64,000 bases of DNA from Mytilus californianus (lineage: Eukaryota): NCBI RefSeq assembly GCF_021869535.1, contig NW_026262712.1, forward strand, positions 65,782,001-65,846,000, in the 5' to 3' direction. Under the pieces are notes generated by a model that was given only the letters and a program-made list of their open reading frames with translations, made no database searches and was not told where the DNA came from. The translations under genes were made by a program, and so were the position numbers. The number at the start of each line of letters is the position of its first letter. Within the stretch, counting starts at the first letter, position 1. Below are positions 61,191 to 64,000 of this stretch, one piece after another.

Positions 61191-63753
61191 CCATACATGT
61201 GTTCACAAACATACCTGATGATGGTTATTCAAGAAACACGTATAGAAAGAATATATGTGATACCTTTAGAATAATGCCTTTTTCGTTATCGTAGCTTGTT
61301 TACGATCAGTTTCTGGATGTAACTGCCTTAATGCAAGCATGATTTAATTGATGACTTTTGTTTAACTTTTCAGTTCATAGATTATATACGGAAATTGTGC
61401 TAAAATTAAGGTTGAACAGTAGTAGCATCGAACTATTAGTTGTAAGAACTCATCAAAGATTAAATACTTTTAATTTAATACACTAATCGCCGTATCGTCA
61501 TTCGTCTCATCAGTGGCATTTAAATCAAACCACTTGAAAGGTCAAACCAATTGCTAAGTTGAAAATCATCAAACATCAATTTTTCAACCAGCAATGCCAA
61601 ATATGACCGGTGGTAGACAATGGTAGAAGAAAGAGTTTCGTATCAATTTATAGTACATATACATAAAATGGCCGCATCAAAGATGTTTCATATCAATATG
61701 TCAAAAAATGTTTTATAGTCTAACGTTCCAAGTTAAAATCGTTAGTGTATTTGATAAATGCAGAAACTCGTGTCGTGGCGTGTCCTACAATAGTGTGGAA
61801 TCTTTTTCATATGTATTCGGAATTTTAGTTGTGTTATAGTACTTATCCCATCCTTCTTGTCTATGTCATGACTATCACCCCGTGAATAACATGGCAAAAG
61901 CATCTCTGTAATTCCTTTCATGTACATTTAACATTAACCCTGAAGTTTGAAATTTTCAGCAAATTGCAGAGTGAAGAGAAATTAAGCAACAACCATTCGA
62001 AGAAAGAAAACCGTGATTTGTTTAAGTTGTTGATAAGACAAACCATCACACAAAATACTACCAAACCATAATAATTACAATTAAAAAAATATTATTAAGA
62101 AGAATACTAATGCGACTACACAACAGTCACAACTAGAATGGAAAATTCAAACCACAAAAATAACAAAAAATATATGACTTATGTACAAGGAAATAATACC
62201 ATTAGGCATAATCTGTTCAGCTGTTGAAAATAATTGTATTCATCAGTTTTCAAAAGATTCACAGATTAAAATTCTTCTATATCAGTGTGAGAACGAGAAA
62301 CTAGTATCGTCATAAAAAGATTATTTTTCATCTCGTTATAACCGATCAACTACAATTGCACTCAAATGATGAATTGATGTTATCAAACTAAATCAAATAA
62401 ATGACTTGCTGGTTTTTGTGATTCAATATCGACAAAAAAGTAACACCATATGCACTTTATACGAACACTTGATGAAAAGCGTATCAAAATGGGTGTCAAT
62501 GAATTGTGAAGGCGGCAAAAAGGTGAATGTCTTTTTTGTCCTATTACTTTTATTGATAAAAACATGAAGATAAACAGACAAATGTTCGATTGAAAAGAAT
62601 GGGATAATTAGTAACTATAAATGGAACAAGACTAGATGCATTCGACAGAATAAGCATATACTCCAAGAACATTGATATCATCATCTTGTCATCCCGAGAT
62701 TGCTCTGATGTCTGACGTAATCCTACATAATAGATAGCAGGCTTATAATTAACTGCGTGCATTTGTAGGTTTCTGAATAAAACTTGTAAGTGGCGATCGA
62801 CTATTGCAGTTGGAAGGTCAAATTTAGTTTAACAATGTACAAAATCAAAACAAAACACACAGTGGTGCCGAATCTTTCTTAGTCGAAATATGGCTTTGAT
62901 ATAAAAAAAAAACCGTAGTAGCTGCCCAGCTGATCAATCTGGCCATGAAAGCAGCCGTTGTGAAGGAAGTAAACACCAAACCAAAATAGTCAACATACCA
63001 AATCATCATATGCAAAACCAAATTGGCGGCCGTCCTTCCAACTTTTACGACGACAACAAATATTTAATGATTACCAAACGCCTTCGGGCACCGAACCAAC
63101 CGTGCGAGGGCTTACCAGCCAGTGAATGTCGTTAAAACCACCAGTTAGATTAACCCGTAGTTTTTCGAATGATTTTATTGTGTGAACAGTGAATTTAAAA
63201 AAAAACCATCAAAATGTTGACTACTAGGATGATGATACCATCGGAGATGAAACGTCCACCTGTAGGGGTATGATGCAATAGATGTAGTTATCAAGTATAC
63301 CAGGCTTCTATTTAACTTGAAACGTCACACGAGCGTTTCGTCTTCAGAAGACTTGCGCTCAAATGAAATTATCTATGCCAAAGGCTAGATAAACCTTAGT
63401 TTTTGTTTCAAATGATTATGTTGTAAAATGAAGAAAAACCAAGCCAGGACCATGTGTTGTTTGTTGTTTTTTGTGCTTATGTTGTAGGTTTGTTTCTTCG
63501 AAGGAGTCGTATGTTTGTAGTTGTTGTATCTGTTGTACTATCCGGAATTTTTTTTTATTTTTGGTTATTCATGTTTTCCTTTGTATGTATAACTAAATAT
63601 ACAGAAATTTATCTCATCAATAATATTTTACGTCAGTCGGGAATGTTTCTTTTAAATGAATAACTTGGCCAAAGATAAATGATTATAATTAAAAGTAATT
63701 TCTGAACTTTATGTTGTAAATTAAAAACATAGTCATAATATGTGTCGGAACAT

Positions 63754-63853
63754 TATTTTGTATCCATACTGCTAGCAACACAAGATATTTTGTATCCATA
63801 CTGCTAGCAACACAAGATATTTTGTATCCATACTGCTAGCAACACAAGATATT
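63754..63853. repeat. Perfect 32-bp tandem repeat, 3.1 copies
   Basis: TATTTTGTATCCATACTGCTAGCAACACAAGA x3. Confidence 0.95.
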
Positions 63854-64000
63854 CATTATGACAGTCTACCATATGCCTTTTTTGAATTGGGTTGTAAATT
63901 TTATTTTCATAAAAAAATTGTAATATTGAAGCAACTGGACTGTAGATTAGAGCGTCAAAATGCAATATTATTATGATAACATAGTTGTTCTTTGAGTCCA

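Noticed and set aside
63754-63853. 32-bp repeats as a CRISPR array
   Set aside because: Head-to-tail with no spacers, no cas genes, eukaryotic context.

Overview
AT-rich, intron-containing animal genomic DNA. The gene types (fibrinogen-related protein, RING-less B-box/beta-propeller genes) and repeat families point to a bivalve, most likely a Mytilus mussel (inference). Host genes: the last two coding exons of a fibrinogen-related (FReD) gene at 530-2450, and two single-coding-exon B-box/coiled-coil/beta-propeller TRIM-like genes that are disrupted (31464-33126 lightly, 57669-59385 heavily). The rest is mobile and repeat DNA. Main result: the ~5.4 kb tandem array at 14990-20380 (10 units of ~538 bp) carries a minimal type I hammerhead ribozyme motif in every unit (CUGAAGA-stem II-GAAA, palindromic UCCGGA stem III, AUA cleavage triplet). 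Seven cores are intact and three are mutated, so it looks like a retrozyme-type self-cleaving/circRNA array, lying next to a decayed Penelope-like element that has its own hammerhead relic. Other notable elements: (i) a very young Gmr1-like Ty3/Gypsy deletion derivative keeping only a SCAN-domain Gag, an in-frame CCHC knuckle behind a stop, and the tip of RNase H (26372-30086; LTRs differ at one site seen); (ii) a non-coding LTR element with a perfect tRNA-Pro PBS (36099-39403); (iii) a decayed Sola2-like DNA transposon whose transposase is fused to a vertnin-like OTU protease domain (48049-53523). All alignments were done by eye; no database searches were run.
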